From a virus, in IMG/VR virus record IMGVR_UViG_3300032103_000260, positions 114,250 to 178,249 of that record: a DNA stretch of 64,000 nt, one strand, 5' to 3'. This document shows, one piece after another, positions 19,464 through 30,093 of this stretch. Positions within the stretch are counted from its first letter, which is position 1, and each line of letters begins with the position of its first letter. Below the pieces are notes generated by a model. That model was not told the origin of the DNA and ran no database searches. It was given only the letters and a program-made list of their open reading frames with translations. The translations under genes were made by a program, and so were the position numbers.

Positions 19464-21965
19464 ATGGCTAATTCAAATGATGAATTAAGAAGAAAAATTG
19501 AACTTCAAGAAAAAATAAATGCACTTGTTGATGAAGAAAGACAAGCAGTATTTGGTATATCAAATGAACAAAAAAAACTTGAATCTATTAATAGACAAAT
19601 TAAAAAAAATTATAATGTAATTAATAGAATTACTGATGATGTACTAAAAACTGGTAGAGATTTAACTAAAGAAGAAGAAAAACAACTTAAATTACTTGGT
19701 AAGCATACAGGTGAATTAGAAAAACAAATAAAAAAACAAGAATTAAAGAAAAAATTATGGGAAAGCATTAAAACTAATACATTATCCTATCTAGAATATT
19801 TAATGCAATCTGATAAAGCTATCAGACAAGCAAATCTTAATTTAGGATTATCAGGAAAAAACGCTGAAAGACTTCGTAAGAATTTTGAAGATTCAGCAGT
19901 TCAATTAGCATATCTTGGTTCTAATTTACAAGAACTATCAGAAATGCAAACAACATATTCTGATTTAACTGGTAGACAAACTTTATTATATAAAGATGCT
20001 GCTATTGCAGCAACACAAATTGCTAAAGGTACATCATTGGGTGCTCAAGGTGCTGGAGAACTTTTAGGTAATATGGAATTAGTTGGTACTAATGCTGAAG
20101 ATACAGCTAAAATGGTACAGAATGTTGTAGACTCATCTGAAAAATTCGGTGTAAATAGTAATAAGATATTAAAAACTATGAATACAAATTTTAAGAGATT
20201 TGCATCATATGGATTTAAAACAGGTGTTGCTGGTATGTCTGATATGGCAATGTATTCAGAGAAATTTAAAGTTAGTATGCAAAGTACTTTAAATGCTGCT
20301 GATAAAGCCAGAACACTTGAAGGTGCTGTTGAATTAGCATCTAAATTACAAGTATTGGGTGGTGAGTTTGCTAAAACCGATCCATTTAAAATGTTATATG
20401 AATCACGTAATGATCCTAAAAAATTCATGCAGTCAATTAATGAAATGACTAAAGGAATGGCATCATTACGTAAAACATCTGAAGGTTTTGAATTTGATTT
20501 AACATCTCCACAATCAAGAGATGTACTTGCTAAAGCAGCAGAAGCACTTGGTATGTCAACTGAAGAACTTACTGAGCAAGCAATTCAAATGTCTAAGATA
20601 CAAGAGATGCGTAGACAATTATCTGGTAGCGGTATTCTTAATACTGATGATCGTGAATTAATTGAAGGTATGGCTCAATTTGAAAAGAATACTGGTAAAT
20701 TCTATGTAATGGTTAATGATCAGAAAAAGGAATTATCTAAACTTAACAAAACAGAAATTGAGGGATTAAAATCACAAAAAACTTCATTAGAAGATAGAGC
20801 TAAAGCAGCACAAAATTTTGATGAACAATTAAAAGCAACTGTCGAAGGATTAAAGGCTGCATTACTACCAATGTTAAAAGGAATAAATCAAGTACTTGAC
20901 TTTATTGCACCTATAATGAAAACTATTAGCGGTGTATTTGATTCAGTTCCTGAATGGGGTAAAAAATTAATGGGTGGCACTGCAGCATTATTACTTGGTG
21001 CTGTTGCTATTGTAAAATCAATATCAGGAATTAAATCTATTGGTGGTGTTGTTGGAAAAGGGGTTACAAGTGCTGTAACTCAAAAAGGTGGTAGTGTTCA
21101 TAGTGATAAATTAAGAAAAAGTGCTGCTGGTGCTGTGGCTAAAAAAGCAACAGGTGGTGGGGTATCAGAAAACATGACTAAACAAATGAAAAAAATTGAT
21201 CCTAAAACAATTCTTGCTGCTGGTGCTGCAATGATGATGTTTGGTGCGGGTATTGCATTTGCTGCTCTTGGTATAGGTAAAATGTCTGAAAGTTTAAAAA
21301 ATTTAAATACTGAACAATTAGATACTTTAAAAGATATAATGACTAAAATGACAATAATGTTTGGGGTATTTGCTGTTGGATTAACAATTGTTGGTACTGT
21401 TGCTGGTGCTGTTAAAGTACCAATGTTAGCATTTGGTGGTGCAGTACTTATGATAGGTGCTGGTGTCGGTATTGCTGCTGCTGGTATTGGATATATGGCA
21501 GAAGGTATGTCATCACTAATGAAAGCTATTGATCCAAATACTATTGTTCAATCAGCTATTGGTATTGCTGGAATTGCATCATCATTAATGATTCTAAGTA
21601 CTACAGGCTTAATTGGTTTACTTGCTCTTACTGGAGTATTAAAGTTATTATCTATGTATGGTTCTGATATGGAACGTATAGGTAATGCATTTAAAAATAT
21701 TGGAACAGTATTATCTGCTGATGCATCTAATTTTACTGCTACAGCTAATGCTATTAAAACAATAGCATCTGCCGATGTTTCAAATAATAGTGCATTATCT
21801 CAATTAGCACAAATGTTTAATAAACCATTAAAAGTTGAATTCGATAAGAAAGAAGTTGCTTTAAATGTTAATACCGTGATTAATATGGATGGTAGAGTAA
21901 TGGCAAGTAATATGGCTAGACAAATAGCTGATGTTTCAATATACGCACAAAAAGGAAGAGCTTAA
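19464..21965 (+). CDS. tail tape measure protein
   Basis: 833 aa; coiled-coil N-terminus, Ala/Gly-rich hydrophobic C-terminal segments; position after chaperone pair. Confidence 0.8.
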   Translation: MANSNDELRRKIELQEKINALVDEERQAVFGISNEQKKLESINRQIKKNYNVINRITDDVLKTGRDLTKEEEKQLKLLGKHTGELEKQIKKQELKKKLWESIKTNTLSYLEYLMQSDKAIRQANLNLGLSGKNAERLRKNFEDSAVQLAYLGSNLQELSEMQTTYSDLTGRQTLLYKDAAIAATQIAKGTSLGAQGAGELLGNMELVGTNAEDTAKMVQNVVDSSEKFGVNSNKILKTMNTNFKRFASYGFKTGVAGMSDMAMYSEKFKVSMQSTLNAADKARTLEGAVELASKLQVLGGEFAKTDPFKMLYESRNDPKKFMQSINEMTKGMASLRKTSEGFEFDLTSPQSRDVLAKAAEALGMSTEELTEQAIQMSKIQEMRRQLSGSGILNTDDRELIEGMAQFEKNTGKFYVMVNDQKKELSKLNKTEIEGLKSQKTSLEDRAKAAQNFDEQLKATVEGLKAALLPMLKGINQVLDFIAPIMKTISGVFDSVPEWGKKLMGGTAALLLGAVAIVKSISGIKSIGGVVGKGVTSAVTQKGGSVHSDKLRKSAAGAVAKKATGGGVSENMTKQMKKIDPKTILAAGAAMMMFGAGIAFAALGIGKMSESLKNLNTEQLDTLKDIMTKMTIMFGVFAVGLTIVGTVAGAVKVPMLAFGGAVLMIGAGVGIAAAGIGYMAEGMSSLMKAIDPNTIVQSAIGIAGIASSLMILSTTGLIGLLALTGVLKLLSMYGSDMERIGNAFKNIGTVLSADASNFTATANAIKTIASADVSNNSALSQLAQMFNKPLKVEFDKKEVALNVNTVINMDGRVMASNMARQIADVSIYAQKGRA

Positions 21966-22425
21966 GGAAATTGATTGAAATGTTATTTCAATCAAAGTTA
22001 CAGTCAAATCTTAAATTTGTCAAGTGGTATAGATTTCTTAACTAAAAAATAAAAAAAAATCATTAAATTATGTAAAAAATAATATGAAAATCACTTGATT
22101 ATGTCATTTTTTTTTCGTAACTTCGCCAAAATTTGCGATAGCAACGTATGAAGGCTTTTGGAAATAATAAAAAAACAAAACAGAAGCAAAGAGGATGTAT
22201 GGCTATCTCATAATGTCGAAGTCTAAGGCGCACTATTTTGCTCATATTTTTTTTTGAATTTTAGTAAATTTATAAAATTTTATTAAAATAGTTAATTTTT
22301 GGTGTTTTTTATATTCTACTTCGTAAAGTATAAAAAGTCAAGTTTTATTTCTATTTTTTTTAAAAAAGTATTTATCTCAAAGGGTATTATAGAAAATATC
22401 CGAAATGGATCATTTGAGATAAAAT

Positions 22426-25407
22426 ATGTCAAGATTACAAACCAATACCGTAACAACAAGTATAAGAAACACTCTTTTAGCCAAGAACTTATATACTCCA
22501 AATAATGTATATGAAATTGACAATCCAGCAATTGTTGACGTAGTAAATGCATTAGCAAATATAGCATTACCATTCAAAGCGGTTGATGTTACCAACACAG
22601 TATTGGGTAGAGTAATTGGGCCAAATACTCCAATAGCACAAATTGGATTAGTTCAATTAGGTAAACAATTATCCCAAACAATAGTTTCTCAAGGTTCTGC
22701 AGAAATAATACCTACATTCAGTTTAAAAAATTTATTTGACAAAAATCCAAATACGAAGTTTGCATTAAGAAAAATTGATTATCGTATAACAAGAGATGAA
22801 CAACAATCCAATATAGGAAGAATACTTGAGACTTTAACAGGTACAAATTTACGTCAATCACCATTTATTCCTTCAAGTACTGATGTTGATTATATTCTTA
22901 ATACAGGTAAAGGTCAATTATCATTATTATCAGATACATTAGGTAGAAATTTCTATAGAAATTCATCTGCCACAATATATGAAACATTAGAAAGAGAAGG
23001 TTTTTCAATGTTATCTAAATATGCTAAATCAGAAGGATATTTTAGTAATGATGCACCATACAAATTTGAAGCTGATTTTAATGTAGGATTTGCTCAATCA
23101 GAAGCAAGAAGATCATTATCAAAAAATAATTCTCCATATCAGGAATATGGTAGTTCATTAGATAAAAAATTTGGATTAAATCAAGAATTTATAAATGCTT
23201 TAGGTAATACTGACAATAATATTTTTACTGATGAATTTGATTATTTTGAAAGAAGACCTAATGGACATTATGAAGATAATAACCAAATAATTTGGGGTAA
23301 AACTGATGTAAGTAATGATACTTTAGAAGTACAGAAATATTCAAGAGACTATAAAGTTGATAGTCAAAGTATTAATAATTTTGGTTCAAGAATTGGATTA
23401 TTAAAGCATACTGCTCAATTAGTAAATGCTTATGGTGGTAATATAATAGACCAAACAAGAAAGAAATTTTATAGAAAAATAGATATTAATGGTAAGGGTA
23501 AGTTAATGGGATTTAATGGAAGTGCATTATATACTGCTCCAAATACTGCAATAGAAAGATTTAGAGGTAAAGAAGGTTTAAGACAACACACAGTACTAGA
23601 TCAGTATGATCGATTTGCTAAAGCAATTAGATTTGAAGGTAATGTAGTATATAATGGTAATCCTGATTCTGTTATTTATGATAGAGTTATACCAAATATA
23701 ACTCCAACAAACAGTAACGATATTAATAATCCTATTAATAAGAAAGTCATGTTCTCAATCGAGAACTTAGCATTTCAATTAAATGAAAATGGTGATATTG
23801 TAGGATTACCTGATGGTTTACCAAATATTACTTTACCTAAATGTGAGATTGGTCAAAATTTTGGTAGATTAATGTGGTTTGCACCATATGATATTAATTT
23901 AGAAGAACAAGCAACCGCTAAATGGGAACAAGTTAATTTTATTGGTAGAAATGAACCAATGTATACGTATGGTTTTTCTGAAAGAAGTACAACACTTTCA
24001 TTTAAATTAATTATTGATTATCCTCCCCAAGTAAAAGGATTTAATAGTCATAAAGAATTTGCTGATTTTTTTGCTTTTGGTGGTCAAGCAAGATCAATAA
24101 CAACCAATAATCTTTCTGATAAAGAAAAAGAATTAAATGAAACAATTGCAGATATTACTAATTTAAAAAATGATACTGTAGTTATAAAAAATTTAAAATT
24201 TAAACCTAGAAGTATTAATTTGTTTTTTCCAAATGATATTCCAAAAGTTGGTACTGAAAAAACCTCAGTTAATAATGATATTTTAGGAAAAAATAATAGT
24301 GGTAGAGAATATGAAATTGGGAGCAGTCAACCTTCAAAATATGGTATTAATTCTGATGATTTATTAAATATATCATTTACTGATGAAATTGATAATATAT
24401 TAAATATCATAAAAAATGATGGAGTAATATCAACGATTGAAATATTTGTTGTTGGTAATGCTTCTAAATTATATGCAAGAAGATCACAAGAATTTGATTA
24501 TAATGAAAGATTAGGTAAGAGAAGAGCAGATGCATTATTGAATTATATTAGAGAAAGAGCTAAAATAATTTTTGAAACTTCAAAATCATTAGAGGAACTT
24601 GGTGCTACAGTATTAGAAACAGAAAGCAATAGTAGTTTATTAGCACCGCCATCAACATCAGCAGTAACAAATATTAATAGTATTGATTCTAAAAAAGCTA
24701 GATTTGCAACAGTTAGTTTTATAAATAAAGGTACTACAACCCCATCCGAAGAATCAGTACAAAATCCAAATCAAGAAGAAATTAATTTATTAATTCAGCA
24801 AAAGGAATCATTAGAAAAAAGTATTGCTGAAATAAAAGCAAATGAAAGATTTGCATCTAATTGTGTTTTTAATCCTTTTACAATTGAAGATGGTCAAGCA
24901 AAAGGTTTTGATTATATTCGTCAAAATAAATTTGTTCCCGTATTTTATTCTCAAACACCCGAAGACTTTCACAAGAGATTAACATTTCTACAACAATGTG
25001 TTCGTCAAGGTGCAGCTATGAGAATGAAAAGTCAAAATGGTAAAGATTTAAGTAGTAAAAATTCAGTATTTGGTCGTCAACCAGTATGTATATTACGTCT
25101 TGGTGACTTCTTCCACACTAAAGTTATTATCGATAGTATTAATTTTAGTTATAGTGATGCTCCTTGGGATATGAACCCTGAAGGTATGGGTATGCAATTT
25201 ATGATATGTGATGTATCTATGTCAATGAAGGTAATTGGTGGTCAATCGTTGAAAGGCCCTATTGATGTACTTCAAAATGCTATTGGATTTAATTATTATG
25301 CCAACTCAACATATTATGACAAAGGTATATATGCTTTACCAAAAAAATATGAAAATTTACAATATGGTACTAATGACCCAAAAAATACTGAAAATCAAAC
25401 AGAATAA
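22426..25407 (+). CDS. baseplate hub/tube-initiator-like protein with inserted OmpA-like domain
   Basis: WEQVNFIGRNEPMYTY..SER...LSF and PVCILRLGDFF...IIDS...Y...PWD tube-like halves flank VVGNAS...YNERLGKRRADAL. Confidence 0.65.
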   Translation: MSRLQTNTVTTSIRNTLLAKNLYTPNNVYEIDNPAIVDVVNALANIALPFKAVDVTNTVLGRVIGPNTPIAQIGLVQLGKQLSQTIVSQGSAEIIPTFSLKNLFDKNPNTKFALRKIDYRITRDEQQSNIGRILETLTGTNLRQSPFIPSSTDVDYILNTGKGQLSLLSDTLGRNFYRNSSATIYETLEREGFSMLSKYAKSEGYFSNDAPYKFEADFNVGFAQSEARRSLSKNNSPYQEYGSSLDKKFGLNQEFINALGNTDNNIFTDEFDYFERRPNGHYEDNNQIIWGKTDVSNDTLEVQKYSRDYKVDSQSINNFGSRIGLLKHTAQLVNAYGGNIIDQTRKKFYRKIDINGKGKLMGFNGSALYTAPNTAIERFRGKEGLRQHTVLDQYDRFAKAIRFEGNVVYNGNPDSVIYDRVIPNITPTNSNDINNPINKKVMFSIENLAFQLNENGDIVGLPDGLPNITLPKCEIGQNFGRLMWFAPYDINLEEQATAKWEQVNFIGRNEPMYTYGFSERSTTLSFKLIIDYPPQVKGFNSHKEFADFFAFGGQARSITTNNLSDKEKELNETIADITNLKNDTVVIKNLKFKPRSINLFFPNDIPKVGTEKTSVNNDILGKNNSGREYEIGSSQPSKYGINSDDLLNISFTDEIDNILNIIKNDGVISTIEIFVVGNASKLYARRSQEFDYNERLGKRRADALLNYIRERAKIIFETSKSLEELGATVLETESNSSLLAPPSTSAVTNINSIDSKKARFATVSFINKGTTTPSEESVQNPNQEEINLLIQQKESLEKSIAEIKANERFASNCVFNPFTIEDGQAKGFDYIRQNKFVPVFYSQTPEDFHKRLTFLQQCVRQGAAMRMKSQNGKDLSSKNSVFGRQPVCILRLGDFFHTKVIIDSINFSYSDAPWDMNPEGMGMQFMICDVSMSMKVIGGQSLKGPIDVLQNAIGFNYYANSTYYDKGIYALPKKYENLQYGTNDPKNTENQTE

Positions 25408-25410
25408 TTT

Positions 25411-25725
25411 ATGATAAGAAATACATATAATAGATACGAAATTTTTATTAATAAAGATGGTAATATTGATCAATTACCATTTATTCAAATCCCTGTAGCT
25501 ACTACAGATAAGTATGAAATATGGAATGAAGGTAGAAGTAGAATGGATAAGATATCTCAAAGATACTATAATGACCCATTTTATGATTTTTTTATCCTAT
25601 TTGCTAATCCAGAATATATTTCAGAATTTGATATTCCTGATGGTACTTTAATTCGTATTCCATTTCCTTTAGAAAGAGTTAAATCTGTATATGAAACAGG
25701 TTTACAGGAAATAAGAACTCAATAA
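25411..25725 (+). CDS. LysM/tail-X (gp53-like) baseplate wedge protein
   Basis: RMDKISQRYY.DP...I..ANP.....I..G..IRIP. Confidence 0.8.
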   Translation: MIRNTYNRYEIFINKDGNIDQLPFIQIPVATTDKYEIWNEGRSRMDKISQRYYNDPFYDFFILFANPEYISEFDIPDGTLIRIPFPLERVKSVYETGLQEIRTQ

Positions 25726-25767
25726 TACTTTACAAGTACCAAATTTTTATTTATATTTGATGCTTGT

Positions 25768-26484
25768 ATGAAAAGTGTAATTCGGGTTATTTATAGTTCT
25801 CATTTAGGAGTACCATTGAATAATAAATTCAATGATCATATTTACCAAACTATTGGTGAATCTAATAGTTTTGAGGTTACTATTCATCCGTATGAAAACT
25901 ATAATCAATACTCACTTACTGAGGTTTACAATAAAGCCCTAAACGAATTAGATAAAAGGGATGCAATATTTGTATTTTGTCATAATGATATTGAATTTGA
26001 TACTAAGGATTGGGGTAAAATTCTCTTAAATCACTTTAATAAAAAACAGAATAATTATCAGATTATTGGTGTTGCTGGTTCAACCGAACTTAATTCTCAT
26101 GGTTGCTGGTGGTTAGATGCATCTGGTAAAAATATGAATTTCACTAAAATGATTGGCATAGTAAATCATGATAATGGGATCAGAAAGTGGGAGAGTAGAT
26201 ATAGTGAGCCTCATTTTGGTGTTAAACCAGTTGTTCTTATAGATGGATTATTTATGGCAATTGATCCAGAAGAAATTGAACATAATTTTGATGAATCATT
26301 TAAAGGATTTCATTACTATGATTTATCATTTTGTTTTCCAAATTATTTAGATAGATGTAATATTGGTGTTATTACTGATATAAGAATAACTCACCGTTCT
26401 GTTGGTATGACCAATCAGGAATGGGAGAATAACAGACAGCAATTTGCAATACAATATGCTGATGAATTACCAGCACAAGTATGA
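25768..26484 (+). CDS. glycosyltransferase-like (GT-A) protein
   Basis: SLTEVYN, FCHNDI, IIGVAG, IDGLFMA, FDE.F.GFHYYD; host-type promoter TATATTTG at 25752-25759. Confidence 0.8.
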   Translation: MKSVIRVIYSSHLGVPLNNKFNDHIYQTIGESNSFEVTIHPYENYNQYSLTEVYNKALNELDKRDAIFVFCHNDIEFDTKDWGKILLNHFNKKQNNYQIIGVAGSTELNSHGCWWLDASGKNMNFTKMIGIVNHDNGIRKWESRYSEPHFGVKPVVLIDGLFMAIDPEEIEHNFDESFKGFHYYDLSFCFPNYLDRCNIGVITDIRITHRSVGMTNQEWENNRQQFAIQYADELPAQV

Positions 26485-26669
26485 AAGAAAAAAAACATAA
26501 AACTATAATTGAACGAAGTGGAAGCAAATTTATAGTTAAAAATTCCCCTGTATGGAATGGATTTACTGGTGAGATTCTTAAAATTAAAAATGATAGTATT
26601 CAGGGTGAAATGTCAAATGGATTTATAGGGACTTGGAAACTATCAGATATTGAAATAATTGAAGAATAA
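26481..26669 (+). CDS. small hypothetical (SH3/KOW-like) protein
   Basis: 62 aa, overlaps upstream stop (ATGA). Confidence 0.5.
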   Translation: MKEKKHKTIIERSGSKFIVKNSPVWNGFTGEILKIKNDSIQGEMSNGFIGTWKLSDIEIIEE

Positions 26670-26670
26670 T

Positions 26671-27151
26671 ATGAATGAAGATTTAATAGGTACAGGAGTT
26701 GTATATAGAACCACAAATGTTCAGGATGCATCAACATATATTAGTTCTGATGTTGCAAAGTCAATCAGAAGTAGATAAATTAAAAGAACAAGTAGAATTA
26801 CTTAAAAGAGTAACTGATGTTGAATATGCTAAAGAGTGTGTTCGTAAAGAGATACTATAGGAATATAATAAACTAGTATTATCTGATTTGTGGTTTGAAG
26901 CATGTAGTGAATATATCAGAAAAAGAGTTGATGATATATGTAAATCATATAATAAAAAATGGTTTTTGTCTTCAGGTGGTTTTTTAACTATTGGTAATGA
27001 TATTGGTGATAATTGGTCAAATGATATTGTTTTTTATATAAATGGAAAGACTGTAAAGGTATCTGAATTATTAAATTCATATCCTGAAATTGAAGGATTT
27101 GAATTTGAAAAGTTTGTTATACAATATTGTAATGAAAAAAGAGAAAATTAA
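26671..27151 (+). pseudogene. disrupted hypothetical gene
   Basis: ATG 26671, frameshift near 26760, in-frame TAG at 26858, then continues into track ORF 26888. Confidence 0.5.
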
Positions 27152-27545
27152 CATAAAAGGATGTGTCTTATATAAGACATTTTCATATTTACCAAAATTT
27201 AATAATTTATTTTTTGATAATTTTATAAGCAGGGAAGAAGAAATTATAGATACTCATTTTTCATTTACAGTATTAAACGCATTAATAGCATTAATGCAAG
27301 TTTGTTTAAAACAACAAGGATTAGACGGTGATAAAATAGAAGGTGAGTTTATAAGACATGATACATATGTTTTAGTTAATTCTAAATTAATGTATTTTGT
27401 TGAACAAAATATTTCTGATAGATACTATATAAATTTATTTTCTACAATAGATATGAATTATACTATAGTTGAATCAAACATAAATGAGGATATTATATAT
27501 CTTATGGAAAATAATAATTGTGTAAAAATTTATATTGATTATTAA
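27132..27545 (+). CDS. hypothetical protein
   Basis: Likely start ATG 27132. Confidence 0.5.
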   Translation: MKKEKINIKGCVLYKTFSYLPKFNNLFFDNFISREEEIIDTHFSFTVLNALIALMQVCLKQQGLDGDKIEGEFIRHDTYVLVNSKLMYFVEQNISDRYYINLFSTIDMNYTIVESNINEDIIYLMENNNCVKIYIDY

Positions 27546-27606
27546 AATTGTGAATAGAAAACTTATATATGATTTTTTATATTAAAATATTGATTGCTTA
27601 TCAACA

Positions 27607-27684
27607 ATGAATGATGAGTGGGAATATATTTATATGATTAGAAATATTGTAAATAATAAGAATAAATTTTGGAAACACGTATGA
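27607..27684 (+). pseudogene. internally deleted GIY-YIG endonuclease remnant
   Basis: MNDEWEYIYMIRNIVNNK fused to NKFWKHV*; stop overlaps next ATG (ATGA). Confidence 0.55.
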
Positions 27685-28316
27685 TTGATATAATAACATA
27701 TGATGATGGATTACCAGTATCAGTAATAGTTCCATTATCACCTAAGAGAGAAAAATTTTTTAATGAATTTGTTTATCCATTAATAGAGTCAATGGGAGCA
27801 AAGGAAATTATTATAAATAATGATAATGGTGGCGCATGTAAAAAAAGAAATGATGGATTTAAAAAATCAACACAACCATATATTTTGTTTGCCGATGACG
27901 ATATTCTATTCCCTAAAAGTTTTTTATTAAAATTACTTGAAGCATTAAATAATCATAAAAATGCTGGTTATGCCTACACAGGGTATAAGGGAATAGTATT
28001 AACACATACCCATCCAATGGGTAAAAATTATGATATTAGAACAATGTCATTTAATGGTGAAAATCTAAAAAGAGGTAATTATATATCAACTATGTCATTA
28101 ATTAGAAGAGAACATTTTCTAATGTTTGATGAAAATTTAAAACGCTTTCACGATTGGGATTTGTGGTTAACTCTATTAAATAGAGGTATTGAAGGTGTTG
28201 CAGTATTTGATAATGAATTTTTTGCATACTATTTAGATGAAGGAATTACATCAAATTCTAATAATGAACAGGAAGCTATTCTTGCTATAATTAGAAAACA
28301 TAATTTAGGAATGTAA
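27681..28316 (+). CDS. glycosyltransferase family 2
   Basis: VSVIVP, RNDG, ILFADDD, FDENLKRFHDWDLW; likely start ATG 27681. Confidence 0.85.
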   Translation: MIDIITYDDGLPVSVIVPLSPKREKFFNEFVYPLIESMGAKEIIINNDNGGACKKRNDGFKKSTQPYILFADDDILFPKSFLLKLLEALNNHKNAGYAYTGYKGIVLTHTHPMGKNYDIRTMSFNGENLKRGNYISTMSLIRREHFLMFDENLKRFHDWDLWLTLLNRGIEGVAVFDNEFFAYYLDEGITSNSNNEQEAILAIIRKHNLGM

Positions 28317-29362
28317 TGGCTAAAAAACAGAACATAAAAACTATTATTAAGAAGAAGATAGATATCTCTGGTTCTGGTAGAAAGATAATTATTGGTAAGT
28401 CAAATGATAATAATGTTGTAGCTAAAAAAAAGAAAAAGGAATCAACTAAAGTAATTGATAAAAAAATAGATCAGGTAGTTAGGGTACAGAAAAAAATAAC
28501 TACTCAACAAGATGAACAAAAAGTTATAAATAAAAAGAACGATCAAGTATTTAGATTACGAAGTACTAATACTTATACAAGTATATCATCAAGGCTTGAA
28601 AAAAGGGCAATAAAAGTACCAACATATAATTACATCAAAAAAAGTGTTGTTGATTATGATTTAGTGATCTGCATACCATCACATAATAGATTTGATAAAG
28701 CAAATAGATTGATAAATCAATTTAATAGTCAGAAAACTAAATATACATTTAAAATCATTTTATTAAATGATGGTTCAAATGATAAAAGATATGATATATA
28801 TGAATCAGATTATCCTAACTTAGTTTATTTAAAAAATAATATACCTAATGGTAAAGTTAAACATTGGTATTGTTATAATCAGTTGTGGGAGTACTTGAAA
28901 AAAATTGAAACACATTGTGTATTACAAACTGATGATGATTTTATTTTATGTGATGGATTTATTGATAAAATAGTTGATTTGTATTTTGAAAATAAAAATA
29001 GAGATGGTAGTGTTGTTGCAATAGCACCACACTTATGGTCATTTGATAAAGTGTCGGAATATGAATATTGGTGGAAAACTAATCATGTTGATGGTATAGT
29101 TTTATTAGATTATAATGTAATAAAATTTATGGGATACGGTATGCAACCAGTTGATGCTAATATAGTAAAAAAAACTGGTGAAACAGTAAGAACATGGAAT
29201 CAAATAAAATCAGGAATAACTAATATTGGTGGTAAGGTTTATAGAACTGATGTGTCATTAGTATACCATGATGGAAATAATGATTCAAAATTACATAGTG
29301 ATCATAGAAAAAACGGAAAAAGTGGTGTTTATACTCAAAAATTTATTGGAAAGATTATATGA
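28316..29362 (+). CDS. glycosyltransferase family 2 with Lys-rich N-terminal extension
   Basis: ICIPSHNR, LNDGS, QTDDDF; about 110 aa basic N-terminus. Confidence 0.8.
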   Translation: MAKKQNIKTIIKKKIDISGSGRKIIIGKSNDNNVVAKKKKKESTKVIDKKIDQVVRVQKKITTQQDEQKVINKKNDQVFRLRSTNTYTSISSRLEKRAIKVPTYNYIKKSVVDYDLVICIPSHNRFDKANRLINQFNSQKTKYTFKIILLNDGSNDKRYDIYESDYPNLVYLKNNIPNGKVKHWYCYNQLWEYLKKIETHCVLQTDDDFILCDGFIDKIVDLYFENKNRDGSVVAIAPHLWSFDKVSEYEYWWKTNHVDGIVLLDYNVIKFMGYGMQPVDANIVKKTGETVRTWNQIKSGITNIGGKVYRTDVSLVYHDGNNDSKLHSDHRKNGKSGVYTQKFIGKII

Positions 29363-30093
29363 TTAGTGTAATAATAAATGTTTATAAAAGACCTCATATG
29401 TTGGAGAAACAAATTGAGGCTATTAAAAAACAATCAATACCTATATTGAGTGAAAATATTCATGTTTGGTATAATAATGGTGATGTACCATATCAATTAC
29501 CTGCTGATAAGAAGATCAATACATATCAATGTAGTTGGAATACTAAATTTTGGGGTAGGTTTACAATACCACTACTAGTTAAAACTGAATTTGTTGCAAT
29601 TTTTGATGATGATATAATTCCTGAAAAGGATTGGTTTAAAAATTGTTTAAATACAATAAAAAATCCATTAACTAATGGCATTATAGGTGGTAGTGGTGTA
29701 ATTTTAAAAGGTAAAGGGTATTTACCTAATATTAAAGTAGGTTGGAATGCAGAGCACTCTGATACAGTCAAACGTGTTGACTTAGTTGGTCATGCGTGGT
29801 TTTTTAGACAAGAATGGACGAAATATTTATGGTATGAAAAGCCTGTAACTTGGAATAATGGTGAAGATATAATGTTTTCATTTCTTGCTCAAAAATATGG
29901 AGGAATAAATACATTCGTACCCCCGCATCCAGAATCTAATAAAAATTTATGGAGTTGTATTTATAGTGTTGGTATGGATATTGGTAACGACACTAACGCA
30001 TCATGGAAAAAGAATACTCACTTCAATGAAAGAAGTGATGTATGTATAAGTTGTATTAATAAAGGATGGAAGACAGTAAATAACATTAAGTAA
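29359..30093 (+). CDS. GT-A fold glycosyltransferase
   Basis: SVIINVYKRP, IFDDD, VDLVGH, GEDI. Confidence 0.8.
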   Translation: MISVIINVYKRPHMLEKQIEAIKKQSIPILSENIHVWYNNGDVPYQLPADKKINTYQCSWNTKFWGRFTIPLLVKTEFVAIFDDDIIPEKDWFKNCLNTIKNPLTNGIIGGSGVILKGKGYLPNIKVGWNAEHSDTVKRVDLVGHAWFFRQEWTKYLWYEKPVTWNNGEDIMFSFLAQKYGGINTFVPPHPESNKNLWSCIYSVGMDIGNDTNASWKKNTHFNERSDVCISCINKGWKTVNNIK

